This document shows positions 1 through 9,483 of a stretch of 64,000 bases of DNA, in pieces. The translations under genes and the position numbers were made by a program. A model generated the notes under the pieces. It ran no database searches and was not told the DNA's origin. It saw only the letters and a program-made list of their open reading frames with translations. Location: the NCBI GenBank assembly GCA_963662795.1, contig OY759746.1, positions 3,552,001-3,616,000 on the forward strand, written 5' to 3'. Source of the stretch: Spirochaetia bacterium. GTDB taxonomy: Bacteria; Spirochaetota; Spirochaetia; CADAEX01. The first letter of the stretch is position 1; the number at the start of each line of letters is the position of its first letter.

Positions 1-260
1 TTATGATCAAAATGGATATCAGCGACAACAGGAAGAGATGATTTTTTTGATATTTCTCCAAGAATTTCTGCAGATTTTATATCAGGCACTGCAAATCTTA
101 TTATATCGCAGCCGATTGCTTTAAGCCTTTCTATTTCATCATATAAATCTGTATTCCGGTCAAGAGGTTTTTTCCACATAGTCTGTATAGAAACAGGGGA
201 TCCGCCGCCGATAGAAAGAGTTCCTGCAGTGACTCTTAGTGTTTCATTATTGGTGAACAT
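1..260 (-). CDS. ispG: (E)-4-hydroxy-3-methylbut-2-enyl-diphosphate synthase, N-terminal part (runs off window)
   Basis: Manual translation from ATG at 260: MFTNNETLRVTAGTLSIGGGSPVSIQTMWK...IGCDIIRFAVPD...LPVVADIHFDH, the typical IspG N-terminus; not in the ORF track. Confidence 0.9.
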   Translation of the reverse strand, partial: MFTNNETLRVTAGTLSIGGGSPVSIQTMWKKPLDRNTDLYDEIERLKAIGCDIIRFAVPDIKSAEILGEISKKSSLPVVADIHFDH

Positions 261-276
261 CTTTATTAATGCCTCG

Positions 277-894
277 TTACCATGCAACTTCCCATACAAC
301 AGGCAGATTTTCCGCAAGAAGGGCTGGAAGACTGAATTCTGTTTCCGCGCTGTTTCCTCCTGAAGTTCCCATATTTCTGCTTTTGATTTGAGACGGAGCT
401 GTAATTTTCATTTTAATTGTTCTGTCTGCAAAAAGTGCCTCGGCAAGTTTTATGGTTTCCTCATTAGCCGGGGTATCGCTTTTATTGAAAACTTTTTGTG
501 TAAAATATGTGCTGCCGGACCTTCTCTGTACATCAATCTTTTTCTCACCGTTGTTTGAAACAACAGCGTTGAGAGCGTCCATGTTTCTGAATTCATATCT
601 TGCTGTAATAAAGAGCTCTTCTTCTGTTTCCTCTTTTTTAAAGGATTTCAGATCAAGCCCATCAGTTTTCTCAGCTTTTTCCCTGTATTTGTTCTCTTCA
701 ACAGGAAGAGGCAGAAACGACTCGTTTTCATCCAGTCTTCCAATATTAAGGACACTTTTGGATACGGAATATTTTATTAATATTTCCCCTGAGAGATCCT
801 GTCTGAAGACAATTTCTGTATCCACATTGATACAGGAGAAAAATAATGCGCTCAATAGCATAAGAAATACCGGTTTCAGGATGTTTTTTTTCAC
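277..894 (-). CDS. hypothetical lipoprotein
   Basis: 205 aa, GTG start with GAGGGG RBS, signal peptide ending in spirochaetal-type lipobox LFFSC. Confidence 0.7.
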   Translation of the reverse strand: MKKNILKPVFLMLLSALFFSCINVDTEIVFRQDLSGEILIKYSVSKSVLNIGRLDENESFLPLPVEENKYREKAEKTDGLDLKSFKKEETEEELFITARYEFRNMDALNAVVSNNGEKKIDVQRRSGSTYFTQKVFNKSDTPANEETIKLAEALFADRTIKMKITAPSQIKSRNMGTSGGNSAETEFSLPALLAENLPVVWEVAW

Positions 895-1004
895 TTAACC
901 CCTCTTTAATTGGATATATAGAATATATTCTTGTGTCATTTGTTTCAATATTAACAAACTTCAAAAAATAATACTTGAAAAACAATTACTTTCCTTAAAA
1001 AAAA

Positions 1005-3353
1005 TCACAGCTCAATTATTGTTTTCCCAAAACCGCCGTTGTCAGGATGGGCAAAATAGAATTTTTTGACTGCGGGGCTTTCAGTGAGATAATCAGTTAC
1101 AGCTTTTTTTAGAATTCCCTCACCAAGCCCATGGATTACAGAAAATGTTGTTAATCCGTTAATTAAAGCACTGTCAAGCTGCTTCTCAAGTTTTATAATC
1201 GCATCATCAAATCTTAATCCGCGAAGATCAAGTTCAAATGACGGTTTATCTGTATTATTAAGTTCATGATGCAGAAAAACCGCTTTTTGAGCGCTTCCCC
1301 TGTTCTGATTCTTTTTTATTCTGATGAGTTCTTTTCTGTCAACTTCAATTTTCATGGATCCGACAGCAACAAGATACTTCCTGTTTTTAAGGATTCTGAT
1401 TACCTCTCCTTTTTTCTTTCCCTCTCCGACATAAACTTCGTCTCCCTGATTAATTAACTCATTATTATATTCTTCATCCGGTTCATCAGGCTTTTCAATC
1501 CTGGATTCGAATATTTCTTCCCGCTTTTTTATATCATCAATAAAATCCCTTGCATCTTTCCGGGATTCTTCATCTGCTCCGTGCTCAATCAGATTCCTGA
1601 TAACAGATTCAATTTTCTGTCTGCTTTCCCTTAAAAAACTGTTTACAGCCCGGTTCTCTGTATTTCGCAGCTCATATTCCATCCTGCGGACAGAAAGCTC
1701 CTTAAGTGCAATTTCTCTTTTTGCCTCAACAGCTTTTTTCTCAATACTTTTCAGATGTTCTTCTTTTTGAATAAATTCCTGTTGTTTTAAGCTTATTTCC
1801 TTTAAAAGCTGATTTATGTTTACCTTCTCACTGCCAAGGTACTTTCTTGCAGAAGATATTACATCCCTGTCTATACCGCTTTTCTGTGCAATATCGATAC
1901 CGAAGCTTTCGCCCGGAAGATTATATACAATCCTGTATTCAGGTTTATAGGTTTCCCTTTCATAGGCAACAGATACATTTACAATATCATCCCTTCCCGC
2001 AGCATAGTTTTTAAGTATTCCCTGATGTGTTGTTGCAAGAAAAACAGTTCCTCTTTCAAGAAGAATATCAAATACTGCCATGGATATAGCAGAACCTTCA
2101 TCCGGATCAGTTCCTGTTCCCGGTTCATCAAGCAGCACAAAGGATTTATCTGTACTCAGTTCAAGGATTTCCGCGATATTTTTCATATGCGCCGAAAAAG
2201 TGGAAAGGGAGCCGGCAATTGACTGTTCATCTCCTATATCGGCAAGGACATTATCAACCATGCTGACAGCAGAACCTTCATCAGCAAGCACCCCTGTACA
2301 AAACTGATTCATAAGTATTGAAAGGCCTGCGGTTTTAAGAGCCAGTGTCTTGCCGCCTGTGTTCGGTCCGCTGATTAAAAGGGCTTTTGTTTTATCACTG
2401 ATAATAATATCAACAGGGACAGCTTTCTCCCCGAGGAGGAAATGCCGCGCATTTTTAAGAATAATCCCTTTCCGGATTATTTCCGGCATAATGCATTTGT
2501 TGATATATGCAAATCGGCCTCTTGCGATTATTGTATCCAGAAATGTAATTTTTTTAAAAATATCGTGTATTATTTCATTCTTATCCCTGATTCTCTCTGT
2601 AAGTATTCTAAGTATTTTAAGTATTTCAATTCTGTATCTTTCTTCAAGTTCGATTATTTCGTTGTTATAGTCAAAAAGTTCAACAGGCTCAATAAATAAT
2701 GTCATTCCGCGTGAAGACGCACTGTGGACTATTCCCTTTATTTTCCCTTTAAAATTTTCTTTTACGGGAAGAACAACACGATTATCCCTTATTGTTGAAC
2801 TGTTTTCCTGCAGACAGGGAGCGACAAGAGGATTATTTGTATAGCCTGATACAATCCTGTTTATTGTTTTATTGACATTTCCGATTTTCAATCTTATTTC
2901 TTTTAGTTCCCTGACATTCTCATCCCTGAAAACACCCTCTTTTGTAACATACTTAGAAAGATAACCGGTAAGCTCAGAGATGTCTTCAAAATCAAGCTTC
3001 TCATGTATATAAGTATTTTCAGTCAGGGAAGAGAGGCTTTTTTTCAGCAAAGAAGATGAATTAAGGAAATTAAGGACAGATGCAACATCCGGGCAGTCAA
3101 GAACGCTTCCTTCTACAGAACTTTTTTTTATTATTCCGCCTATATCAGGAAAAGCAACAGCAGGAAGGGATAGATTATCATCAAATATTTTTTTGACGGC
3201 AAATACTGCGCTGCTCCTTTCTCTCCATACTTTTTCATTGTTTGTTGTTGTCTGTCCGGTAAGCGCGGCAGCGCCTGCCTCTGACAGACAATACTGGGAA
3301 ATATTATCTATTATTTTTTCGAATTCCAGCAGTTTAAGAGTATGCCGGACCAT
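1005..3353 (-). CDS. mutS2: endonuclease MutS2
   Basis: Walker A SGPNTGGKT, DIGDEQSI..SLSTFS, LLDE, C-terminal Smr domain (LDLRG...IHGLGEGILK). Confidence 0.95.
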   Translation of the reverse strand: MVRHTLKLLEFEKIIDNISQYCLSEAGAAALTGQTTTNNEKVWRERSSAVFAVKKIFDDNLSLPAVAFPDIGGIIKKSSVEGSVLDCPDVASVLNFLNSSSLLKKSLSSLTENTYIHEKLDFEDISELTGYLSKYVTKEGVFRDENVRELKEIRLKIGNVNKTINRIVSGYTNNPLVAPCLQENSSTIRDNRVVLPVKENFKGKIKGIVHSASSRGMTLFIEPVELFDYNNEIIELEERYRIEILKILRILTERIRDKNEIIHDIFKKITFLDTIIARGRFAYINKCIMPEIIRKGIILKNARHFLLGEKAVPVDIIISDKTKALLISGPNTGGKTLALKTAGLSILMNQFCTGVLADEGSAVSMVDNVLADIGDEQSIAGSLSTFSAHMKNIAEILELSTDKSFVLLDEPGTGTDPDEGSAISMAVFDILLERGTVFLATTHQGILKNYAAGRDDIVNVSVAYERETYKPEYRIVYNLPGESFGIDIAQKSGIDRDVISSARKYLGSEKVNINQLLKEISLKQQEFIQKEEHLKSIEKKAVEAKREIALKELSVRRMEYELRNTENRAVNSFLRESRQKIESVIRNLIEHGADEESRKDARDFIDDIKKREEIFESRIEKPDEPDEEYNNELINQGDEVYVGEGKKKGEVIRILKNRKYLVAVGSMKIEVDRKELIRIKKNQNRGSAQKAVFLHHELNNTDKPSFELDLRGLRFDDAIIKLEKQLDSALINGLTTFSVIHGLGEGILKKAVTDYLTESPAVKKFYFAHPDNGGFGKTIIEL

Positions 3354-4278
3354 AAATCTCTTCCGATATTTCAGTCAGTTCACTGTAAAGTTTAAGATAT
3401 GTTTCATAACGGTCCGGATGAATGCTGCCATTTACCACAGCTTTTTTTACTGCACATTCAGTCTCTGCTATGTGGGAACATCCTGAAAAACCGCATCTGT
3501 CAATATATGGCAGAAAATCAACAAACATTTGCGCCAGTTTTACCGTTTCGACCTTTTTTATAAAAATATCCCTTATACCGGGTGTGTCAATAATTGAACC
3601 TGTCCCAAGGGGAATCAGTATTGAATAATTTGTTGTATGTTTTCCCCTGTTGTATTTATATGATATTTCAGATGTTTTCTGGGTCTTGCTCCCTGTAAGT
3701 ATATTGATAATACTTGATTTGCCTACTCCGGAGTGGCCTGCGAACGCGCATTGTTTTCCATCAATCGTTGTTTTAAGCTGTTCCATTCCATCGAGTGTTC
3801 TGGCAGAACATTTTAAAACCCGTATCCCGATCCTTTCATAATCATCAAGCCGCTCCTGAGTCTGCCTGTTCACAGGAAGGTCTGATTTATTCATCAATAC
3901 AACAGTCTGATAGCTTTTATCTTCTGTCAGCATAAGCCTGTCAAGAAATCTTGGACGGAAGGGAGGATCATCCGGTGTTGTCAGGCAAAAAAGAACATCA
4001 ATATTTGACGCAATCAGCTGAATAGCCATTTTTTTTCTGTTCCATCTTGTAAATGCATTTTTTCTTTCATGAAGAAATATTATTACACCATGATATTCAG
4101 AGTGGGAATCAGTTTCAAAATCGACAATATCACCGGCTGTTAACGGATTATACAGTCCTTCGGACTGCTTGAATACTTTCCCCTTTATCCTGCATTCATA
4201 TAACCTGTTATCAGACTCAACTGTATAAATATTGTTTATACCAAATAGAATTTTTCCAGTGAGTTTTAAATTATTCAT
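3334..4278 (-). CDS. rsgA: ribosome small subunit-dependent GTPase A
   Basis: Circularly permuted GTPase motifs NKSD, GHSGVGKSS, GKHTT, DTPG and Zn finger CGFSGCSHIAETEC. Confidence 0.95.
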   Translation of the reverse strand: MNNLKLTGKILFGINNIYTVESDNRLYECRIKGKVFKQSEGLYNPLTAGDIVDFETDSHSEYHGVIIFLHERKNAFTRWNRKKMAIQLIASNIDVLFCLTTPDDPPFRPRFLDRLMLTEDKSYQTVVLMNKSDLPVNRQTQERLDDYERIGIRVLKCSARTLDGMEQLKTTIDGKQCAFAGHSGVGKSSIINILTGSKTQKTSEISYKYNRGKHTTNYSILIPLGTGSIIDTPGIRDIFIKKVETVKLAQMFVDFLPYIDRCGFSGCSHIAETECAVKKAVVNGSIHPDRYETYLKLYSELTEISEEIYGPAYS

Positions 4279-4281
4279 TTT

Positions 4282-5073
4282 CTATATAATACCGGAATAC
4301 CTGAGTGAGAATTTTTCTGCGATTCTTTTATAATAAATTGCACCTTTCAACTCTGAAGTTAAATAAAAATCATTAACCGATAAATTGCTTCTCTTATTTT
4401 CTGTTAACCCTTCAGCAATCCTCAATACCTGTCTTGAAACGCCGCTGCGGGAATCAATAGTCCTGATCGCGTCAGGGAACAGGGTTTCAAGATATTTATC
4501 AATAAACAGAAAGTGTGTACACCCCAGGACTACATGGTCTACCCTTTTTTCAATGAAAAAATCTGCAGCTGGTTTGAGAATAGCCAGTATTTCATCATTT
4601 TTCGCATCAAGCAACCTGTTTTCAACAAAAGAGACAATATCAGGGTCTGCATATTTGAATACTTCACAGCCGTCCGCATATTGTGAGATCAGATTATCTG
4701 TATAATTATCTGAAACTGTTTTATTTGTCGCTAAAAGCCCGATTCTTTTATTCCAGGAAACTGATGCAGCAGGCTTCACAGCTGGTACTACCCCGACAAA
4801 CGGAATGTTATATTTTTCCCTCAAATAAGGAAGCGTTACTACTGTTGCTGTGTTGCATGCAATAACAATAATATCAGGGGCAGTTTTTTCGATTAAACGT
4901 GAGACAGCAGACAAAACAATTTTCCGTATCTCTTCTCCTGATTTTATTCCGTAGGGGAAATTTTCTGTATCTGCAAGATATACATAATTAAGATCAGGTG
5001 CAATATTTCTTAAATTATCAAGATATGGAATACCTCCAATACCTGAATCAAAAAAAGCAATTGTTTTACTCAT
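4282..5073 (-). CDS. murI: glutamate racemase
   Basis: FDSGIGG, ACNTAT, LGCTHF motifs; ATG at 5073 preferred as start. Confidence 0.95.
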   Translation of the reverse strand: MSKTIAFFDSGIGGIPYLDNLRNIAPDLNYVYLADTENFPYGIKSGEEIRKIVLSAVSRLIEKTAPDIIVIACNTATVVTLPYLREKYNIPFVGVVPAVKPAASVSWNKRIGLLATNKTVSDNYTDNLISQYADGCEVFKYADPDIVSFVENRLLDAKNDEILAILKPAADFFIEKRVDHVVLGCTHFLFIDKYLETLFPDAIRTIDSRSGVSRQVLRIAEGLTENKRSNLSVNDFYLTSELKGAIYYKRIAEKFSLRYSGII

Positions 5074-5356
5074 CACCAAAAAGTTTTAGAAATTTATTTC
5101 TGGCCTCTTCCAGGTCCTTTTTTAGTTTTTCCTGATATTTTTTATCTATACGGTCTGTATATACAAAATATTCACAGAAATTGGCGCGATCCTTGTCAAT
5201 AACCTGTTCAGGTATATTTTCACGGCAGTCCCAGTGTGCACCTTGTTCATAAAAACTGCAGTTGAGACATACTTTTAAGTCTTTCCTGCAGTTTTCGCAA
5301 ATTGATTCTCTTGTTATTTTTATATTACCTGCCGGTTCACCGCAATAATAGCACAT
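5066..5356 (-). CDS. small Cys-rich (probable Zn-binding) hypothetical protein
   Basis: CYYC, CENC, CLNC and two further Cys; overlaps murI start; ATG 5356 lies 7 nt downstream of a predicted -10 box. Confidence 0.65.
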   Translation of the reverse strand: MCYYCGEPAGNIKITRESICENCRKDLKVCLNCSFYEQGAHWDCRENIPEQVIDKDRANFCEYFVYTDRIDKKYQEKLKKDLEEARNKFLKLFGDE

Positions 5357-5362
5357 GTAACA

Positions 5363-5427
5363 ATAATATAACGGATTTTCCAATACATCAATTGCTGTGT
5401 TGAAAAATGATAATTTTTATATATAAT
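5363..5427. promoter_or_regulatory. divergent sigma70-type promoters, both predicted leaderless
   Basis: Minus strand: TTGATG(5391-5386)-N17-TATTAT(5368-5363)-N6-ATG(5356). Plus strand: TTGAAA(5400-5405)-N16-TATAAT(5422-5427)-N6-ATG(5434). Confidence 0.55.
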
Positions 5428-5433
5428 TATTGT

Positions 5434-6039
5434 ATGTTCAATAATGAAAAATGTATTTATCCCGGATGTCTTGAAAGCAGGTTAACAGGACAGGAATTCT
5501 GCTTTACCCATCTTCCGGACAGGAATATTCTCAATAATAAAATAAAACAGCTGCTTAAAGAGGAAAATAAAATACTTGACCTGATTATTTCAGGGATATC
5601 ACTTGAGAACATTGAAATTACTGATAAAAGATTTTTTTCATGTAAATTTTCCGGTTCAACGTTTAAAAATGTTAAATTTATAAATTGTTATTTCAGGCAG
5701 TGTTTTTTCGATTATTCTTTCTTTGAAAACTGTATTATTGAAGGTACAAATATAAAATTCACATGTTTTGCAGGATCGAAAATGAAAAACTGCAAATTCA
5801 TTGCTTCAGATATTCTTCATACCAATTTTAACGGATTTGAATGCAGTGATGTTTCATTTAGTGAAACTGATCTTTATTTTTCTTCATTTATTAGCACAAA
5901 TATGCAAAACACAGTTTTTGATGACTGCAATCTTAAAAAAGACAGTTTTTTTTATTCCGAAAGAAGAAATGTTTCATTCAGGAACTCTAATCCTGAAGAA
6001 GCATTTTTCAACAAATGGGACAGGTTTGAAACACAATGA
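5434..6039 (+). CDS. pentapeptide repeat protein
   Basis: Repeated F-x-x-C/S-x five-residue units; N-terminal CIYPGC..FCFTH; ATG 5434 chosen over 5407 on promoter spacing. Confidence 0.8.
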   Translation: MFNNEKCIYPGCLESRLTGQEFCFTHLPDRNILNNKIKQLLKEENKILDLIISGISLENIEITDKRFFSCKFSGSTFKNVKFINCYFRQCFFDYSFFENCIIEGTNIKFTCFAGSKMKNCKFIASDILHTNFNGFECSDVSFSETDLYFSSFISTNMQNTVFDDCNLKKDSFFYSERRNVSFRNSNPEEAFFNKWDRFETQ

Positions 6040-6614
6040 AGCTATTTACACTTTATAATACTACAGGGTCTGTAAATACATACCTTATCGGTCATGAAAA
6101 CGGCGGTGACGCAATTATAATAGATCCGGGACAGATAGATCTTCACATTCTGGATATACTTGAAACAAATAACTATTATATCAAATCAATTCTGCTGACA
6201 CATGATCACGAAAATCATATACGCGGAGTAAAAACCCTGATGAAGATATATGATGCCACAATATATGCCAAAAGTCCGTTGATATATGATTTCACTGCTC
6301 ACACTGTAAATGACAACGATATTTTAAATCTGTCCGGATTTGACATAAACGTTATATGGGTACCAGGTCATTCAGATGATTCACTCGTATTCAGGATACG
6401 GAATACGCTGTTTACAGGAGATGTTATCTCGGCAGGAAGGATAGGTCTTACACATGGATCTATTCAGAAGAATCTTCTGCAGAGGAGTATCATTGACAAG
6501 CTATTTTCCCTTGATAACGAATTGATAATTTTCCCCGGTCACGGCTCTCCAAGTACCCTGAAAACAGAAAAAGAGTTTAATCCTTTTATAAATCATTCAG
6601 ATTATCTGACTTAG
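6036..6614 (+). CDS. MBL-fold metallo-hydrolase (glyoxalase II-like)
   Basis: THDHENH, PGHS, FTGD, PGHG motifs. Confidence 0.85.
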   Translation: MKLFTLYNTTGSVNTYLIGHENGGDAIIIDPGQIDLHILDILETNNYYIKSILLTHDHENHIRGVKTLMKIYDATIYAKSPLIYDFTAHTVNDNDILNLSGFDINVIWVPGHSDDSLVFRIRNTLFTGDVISAGRIGLTHGSIQKNLLQRSIIDKLFSLDNELIIFPGHGSPSTLKTEKEFNPFINHSDYLT

Positions 6615-6647
6615 AAAAATTTATGCTAATACTCTTATTTCTTCACA

Positions 6648-7559
6648 TCAGCTGACATCTCTGATAAATTTTTTAAATCGCTCCGGCAAAGGCGCATGGA
6701 ATTTTTTCAGTCCGTATTCAGGCAATGTTATTTCAAGTATATATGCATGAAGCATCATGGTAAAATCACTATATTTAATAATTTTTCTGCTGTAAACCGG
6801 ATCTCCGATTATGGGACATCCGCTATGCTGCATATGAACCCTGAGCTGATGAGTCCTGCCTGTTTGCAGTTCCAGCGCTACCAGGGAAGCATCAGAAAAT
6901 TCTTTCAGAACATGGAAGTGCGTTAAAGCGTATTTGCCCTTGCACTGGGAAGTTATAAATTTTTTCCTGTTATTCCTGTCCCTGGTCAGGTGTGTTTCAA
7001 TAATTCCTTTTTTGACAGGCAATTGCCCTTTTACAATTGCCAGATATTTTTTTCTTACTTTTTTTTCCCTGAACTGCTGTGAAAGAAAATCATGAGTTTT
7101 TATATTTTTTGCAGTAATAATTATTCCTGAAGTATCCTTGTCAAGCCGATGAACAATCCCTGGTCTCTGATCATCCTCATCGAAATCAGAGGAAGAATCA
7201 TCGAAATGATACAACAGGGCATTCGCAAGTGTGCCTCCGGGGTTGCCTGCGGCAGGGTGAACAACCATACCCTGTTTTTTATTTATGATAACGACATTTT
7301 GATCTTCATAGATAATGTCAAGTTCAATTTTCTCCGGCAGTAAATTGCTTTCCGGAATTGAATCATACTCTATTCTGATTAAATCGCCGTTTTTCACCAT
7401 TCTTGAATGTTTTACAGGTACTTCATTTATATAAAGATCCGCATTTCTGCTCTTGAGCTGGCTTCTTGAAATTATTTTACAATAATCTGAAATATATTTA
7501 TCAATCCTGATATCAGTCAGCTCAAAATCGCGGACTTCAATAGTTTCGTTTATTCTCAT
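6648..7559 (-). CDS. rluD: RluA/RluD family pseudouridine synthase
   Basis: S4-like N-terminus, HRLDKDTSG, TGRTHQLRVH, GDPVY. Confidence 0.85.
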   Translation of the reverse strand: MRINETIEVRDFELTDIRIDKYISDYCKIISRSQLKSRNADLYINEVPVKHSRMVKNGDLIRIEYDSIPESNLLPEKIELDIIYEDQNVVIINKKQGMVVHPAAGNPGGTLANALLYHFDDSSSDFDEDDQRPGIVHRLDKDTSGIIITAKNIKTHDFLSQQFREKKVRKKYLAIVKGQLPVKKGIIETHLTRDRNNRKKFITSQCKGKYALTHFHVLKEFSDASLVALELQTGRTHQLRVHMQHSGCPIIGDPVYSRKIIKYSDFTMMLHAYILEITLPEYGLKKFHAPLPERFKKFIRDVS

Positions 7560-7941
7560 TTTTTTTCCGTTCCTTGATTTTGCCGATAAAATAATCCAAA
7601 GCAGTTATGGAAAGTGAAACATAAAGTGATGTGATTAAAATTCTTGAAGTCTCTTCGTTGCCGGAAGAACTGTTTTCTGTTCCTCCGAACATGGAAGGTG
7701 CATTATTCCGATCAAAACCACTTGAGGCATAATCATATATACCGGTTCCAAGTTTTGTAAAAAGGACTGAAAAAGGATAACTTCCGACAAAGATAACTTC
7801 CGCCCTCCTGATATCCCTCAGAAAAGAAGGAAACTCATCCTTGTTGTATTCTCCAGGGACAAGTTCACTGTATGACTCGTCAGAAGAAACCGGAATCAGG
7901 GGAATTAATAGTATCAGTATAAGAAAAAAAATCTTTTTCAT
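7537..7941 (-). CDS. hypothetical exported/membrane protein
   Basis: 134 aa with signal peptide and hydrophobic segments, operonic with yggS and rluD. Confidence 0.6.
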   Translation of the reverse strand: MKKIFFLILILLIPLIPVSSDESYSELVPGEYNKDEFPSFLRDIRRAEVIFVGSYPFSVLFTKLGTGIYDYASSGFDRNNAPSMFGGTENSSSGNEETSRILITSLYVSLSITALDYFIGKIKERKKNENKRNY

Positions 7942-7950
7942 GTAACGGGT

Positions 7951-8673
7951 TCAATAACGGCTGCCAAAGAGTTTTGTCCCGATTCTTATGACATTTGATC
8001 CTTCCTCTATGGCAATTTTGAAATCTGATGACATACCCATTGAAAGCGTTTCAAGGGCAAGGTCCGGATGGGATGCGGATATTTTATCAAACAGCTTTTT
8101 AAGCTGCCGGAATGCCTTCCTGATACTCCCTTCATCATCAGTAAAAGGGGCAATAGTCATAAGCCCTTTAATCCTTAATGAGCTTAATTGTCTTATTTTA
8201 TCAACAGATGAAAGCAATTCATCTTCCTTTAAAAATCCGCTTTTTGAATCTTCACTTGAAGTATTGAATTCAAGCAGAATATCTATTGTCCTGTTGTAAG
8301 TTTTACAGAATTTATCGAGTTCAAACGCAGTTTCATATTTATCGATAGAATCAACTGAATCTGCGGTCTGTGCTGCTTTCTTAGCCTTATTCCTCTGAAG
8401 ATGTCCGATTAAATGAATTTCAGCATCATCATGAAAAGCAGTAAATTTTTCTGCCATTTCTGCCACACGATTTTCACCAAACAGTCTTAATCCCGCCTTG
8501 TAGGCTGCTTCTGCGTATTCAGGCGGTTTTGTTTTGGTTACTGCCATCAGCCTTATTTCATCAGCACTTCTTCCTGCTGTTTGAGCTGCCTTGCTTATCT
8601 CTTCGAGTGTCTCCTCAATATTTTGTTTAACAGATTCAAATAATTGATTTTCTTTGTTCAAAATTGACCCCAT
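7951..8673 (-). CDS. yggS: YggS family pyridoxal phosphate homeostasis protein
   Basis: AVTKT, FGENRV, HLIGHLQRNK, LSMGMSSD, RIGT motifs. Confidence 0.93.
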   Translation of the reverse strand: MGSILNKENQLFESVKQNIEETLEEISKAAQTAGRSADEIRLMAVTKTKPPEYAEAAYKAGLRLFGENRVAEMAEKFTAFHDDAEIHLIGHLQRNKAKKAAQTADSVDSIDKYETAFELDKFCKTYNRTIDILLEFNTSSEDSKSGFLKEDELLSSVDKIRQLSSLRIKGLMTIAPFTDDEGSIRKAFRQLKKLFDKISASHPDLALETLSMGMSSDFKIAIEEGSNVIRIGTKLFGSRY

Positions 8674-8676
8674 ATA

Positions 8677-9435
8677 TTATATTTTAACACCACATCTTCC
8701 GGTATAGTCAATACGGTCAAGGAAAAGAGTATTTTCACTGCCGGAAAAATATTCAAGGACGGCCTTTCTCGCACCGGTAAAATGACCAAAATCATCAATA
8801 GTCAGAATACCCCTTTTTACCAATAATGGAAACAACACTTCCAGTTCTTTTTTTGTAGATTCGTACCAGTCAGTATCAAGCCTCAAAAGAGCGATTGGCC
8901 CCGGACTGCCGCCTCTTTTATCAAGAACTGTGCAGACATCACCGCATTTAAATTCAATCAGCTGCAAAGGATAACCTGTCGAATACATGTTTTCCATTAC
9001 CTCATCCAAACCTGCAGACCAGAGGTGTTCTCCGTTTTTCGTCCTGCTTTTAATCCACCTTTGAAGCATATTAGCTCCAGTCCAGGCTACACAGTCATAT
9101 TCACCAGGTTCGGTCATCCCGGCAAATGTGTCATAAAGAAATATTTTCCTGTCCCTTATACCGAATTCAAGCAGTGTTAATGCAATAAGCATGCAGGAAC
9201 CGCCTTTCCAGACACCGCATTCGACAAAATCCCCTTCAATGTCATTTTTTATAATGTATTCTACAGATTTATAAATATTGTATCCGCGCTCAACAGATAT
9301 CATTGTAAATTTATTAACTTTTTCCCATAAATGAAAAAATTCTTTTTCCATATCGCTGCGGTACTGAGAAGGATGAATAACCCCATATCCTTTTTTTTCA
9401 AGCAGCGAAACTGCTTTTTTAATTAAAAATTTCAA
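8677..9435 (-). CDS. TylF/MycF/NovP family O-methyltransferase
   Basis: GDFVECGVWKGGS, LYDTFAG, LLRLDTDWYEST, IDDFG. Confidence 0.88.
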   Translation of the reverse strand: MKFLIKKAVSLLEKKGYGVIHPSQYRSDMEKEFFHLWEKVNKFTMISVERGYNIYKSVEYIIKNDIEGDFVECGVWKGGSCMLIALTLLEFGIRDRKIFLYDTFAGMTEPGEYDCVAWTGANMLQRWIKSRTKNGEHLWSAGLDEVMENMYSTGYPLQLIEFKCGDVCTVLDKRGGSPGPIALLRLDTDWYESTKKELEVLFPLLVKRGILTIDDFGHFTGARKAVLEYFSGSENTLFLDRIDYTGRCGVKI

Positions 9436-9483
9436 TTTATCCCCTTTTTGTTTGCCGGACTTTTATGCTGAGACTGGATTTAT

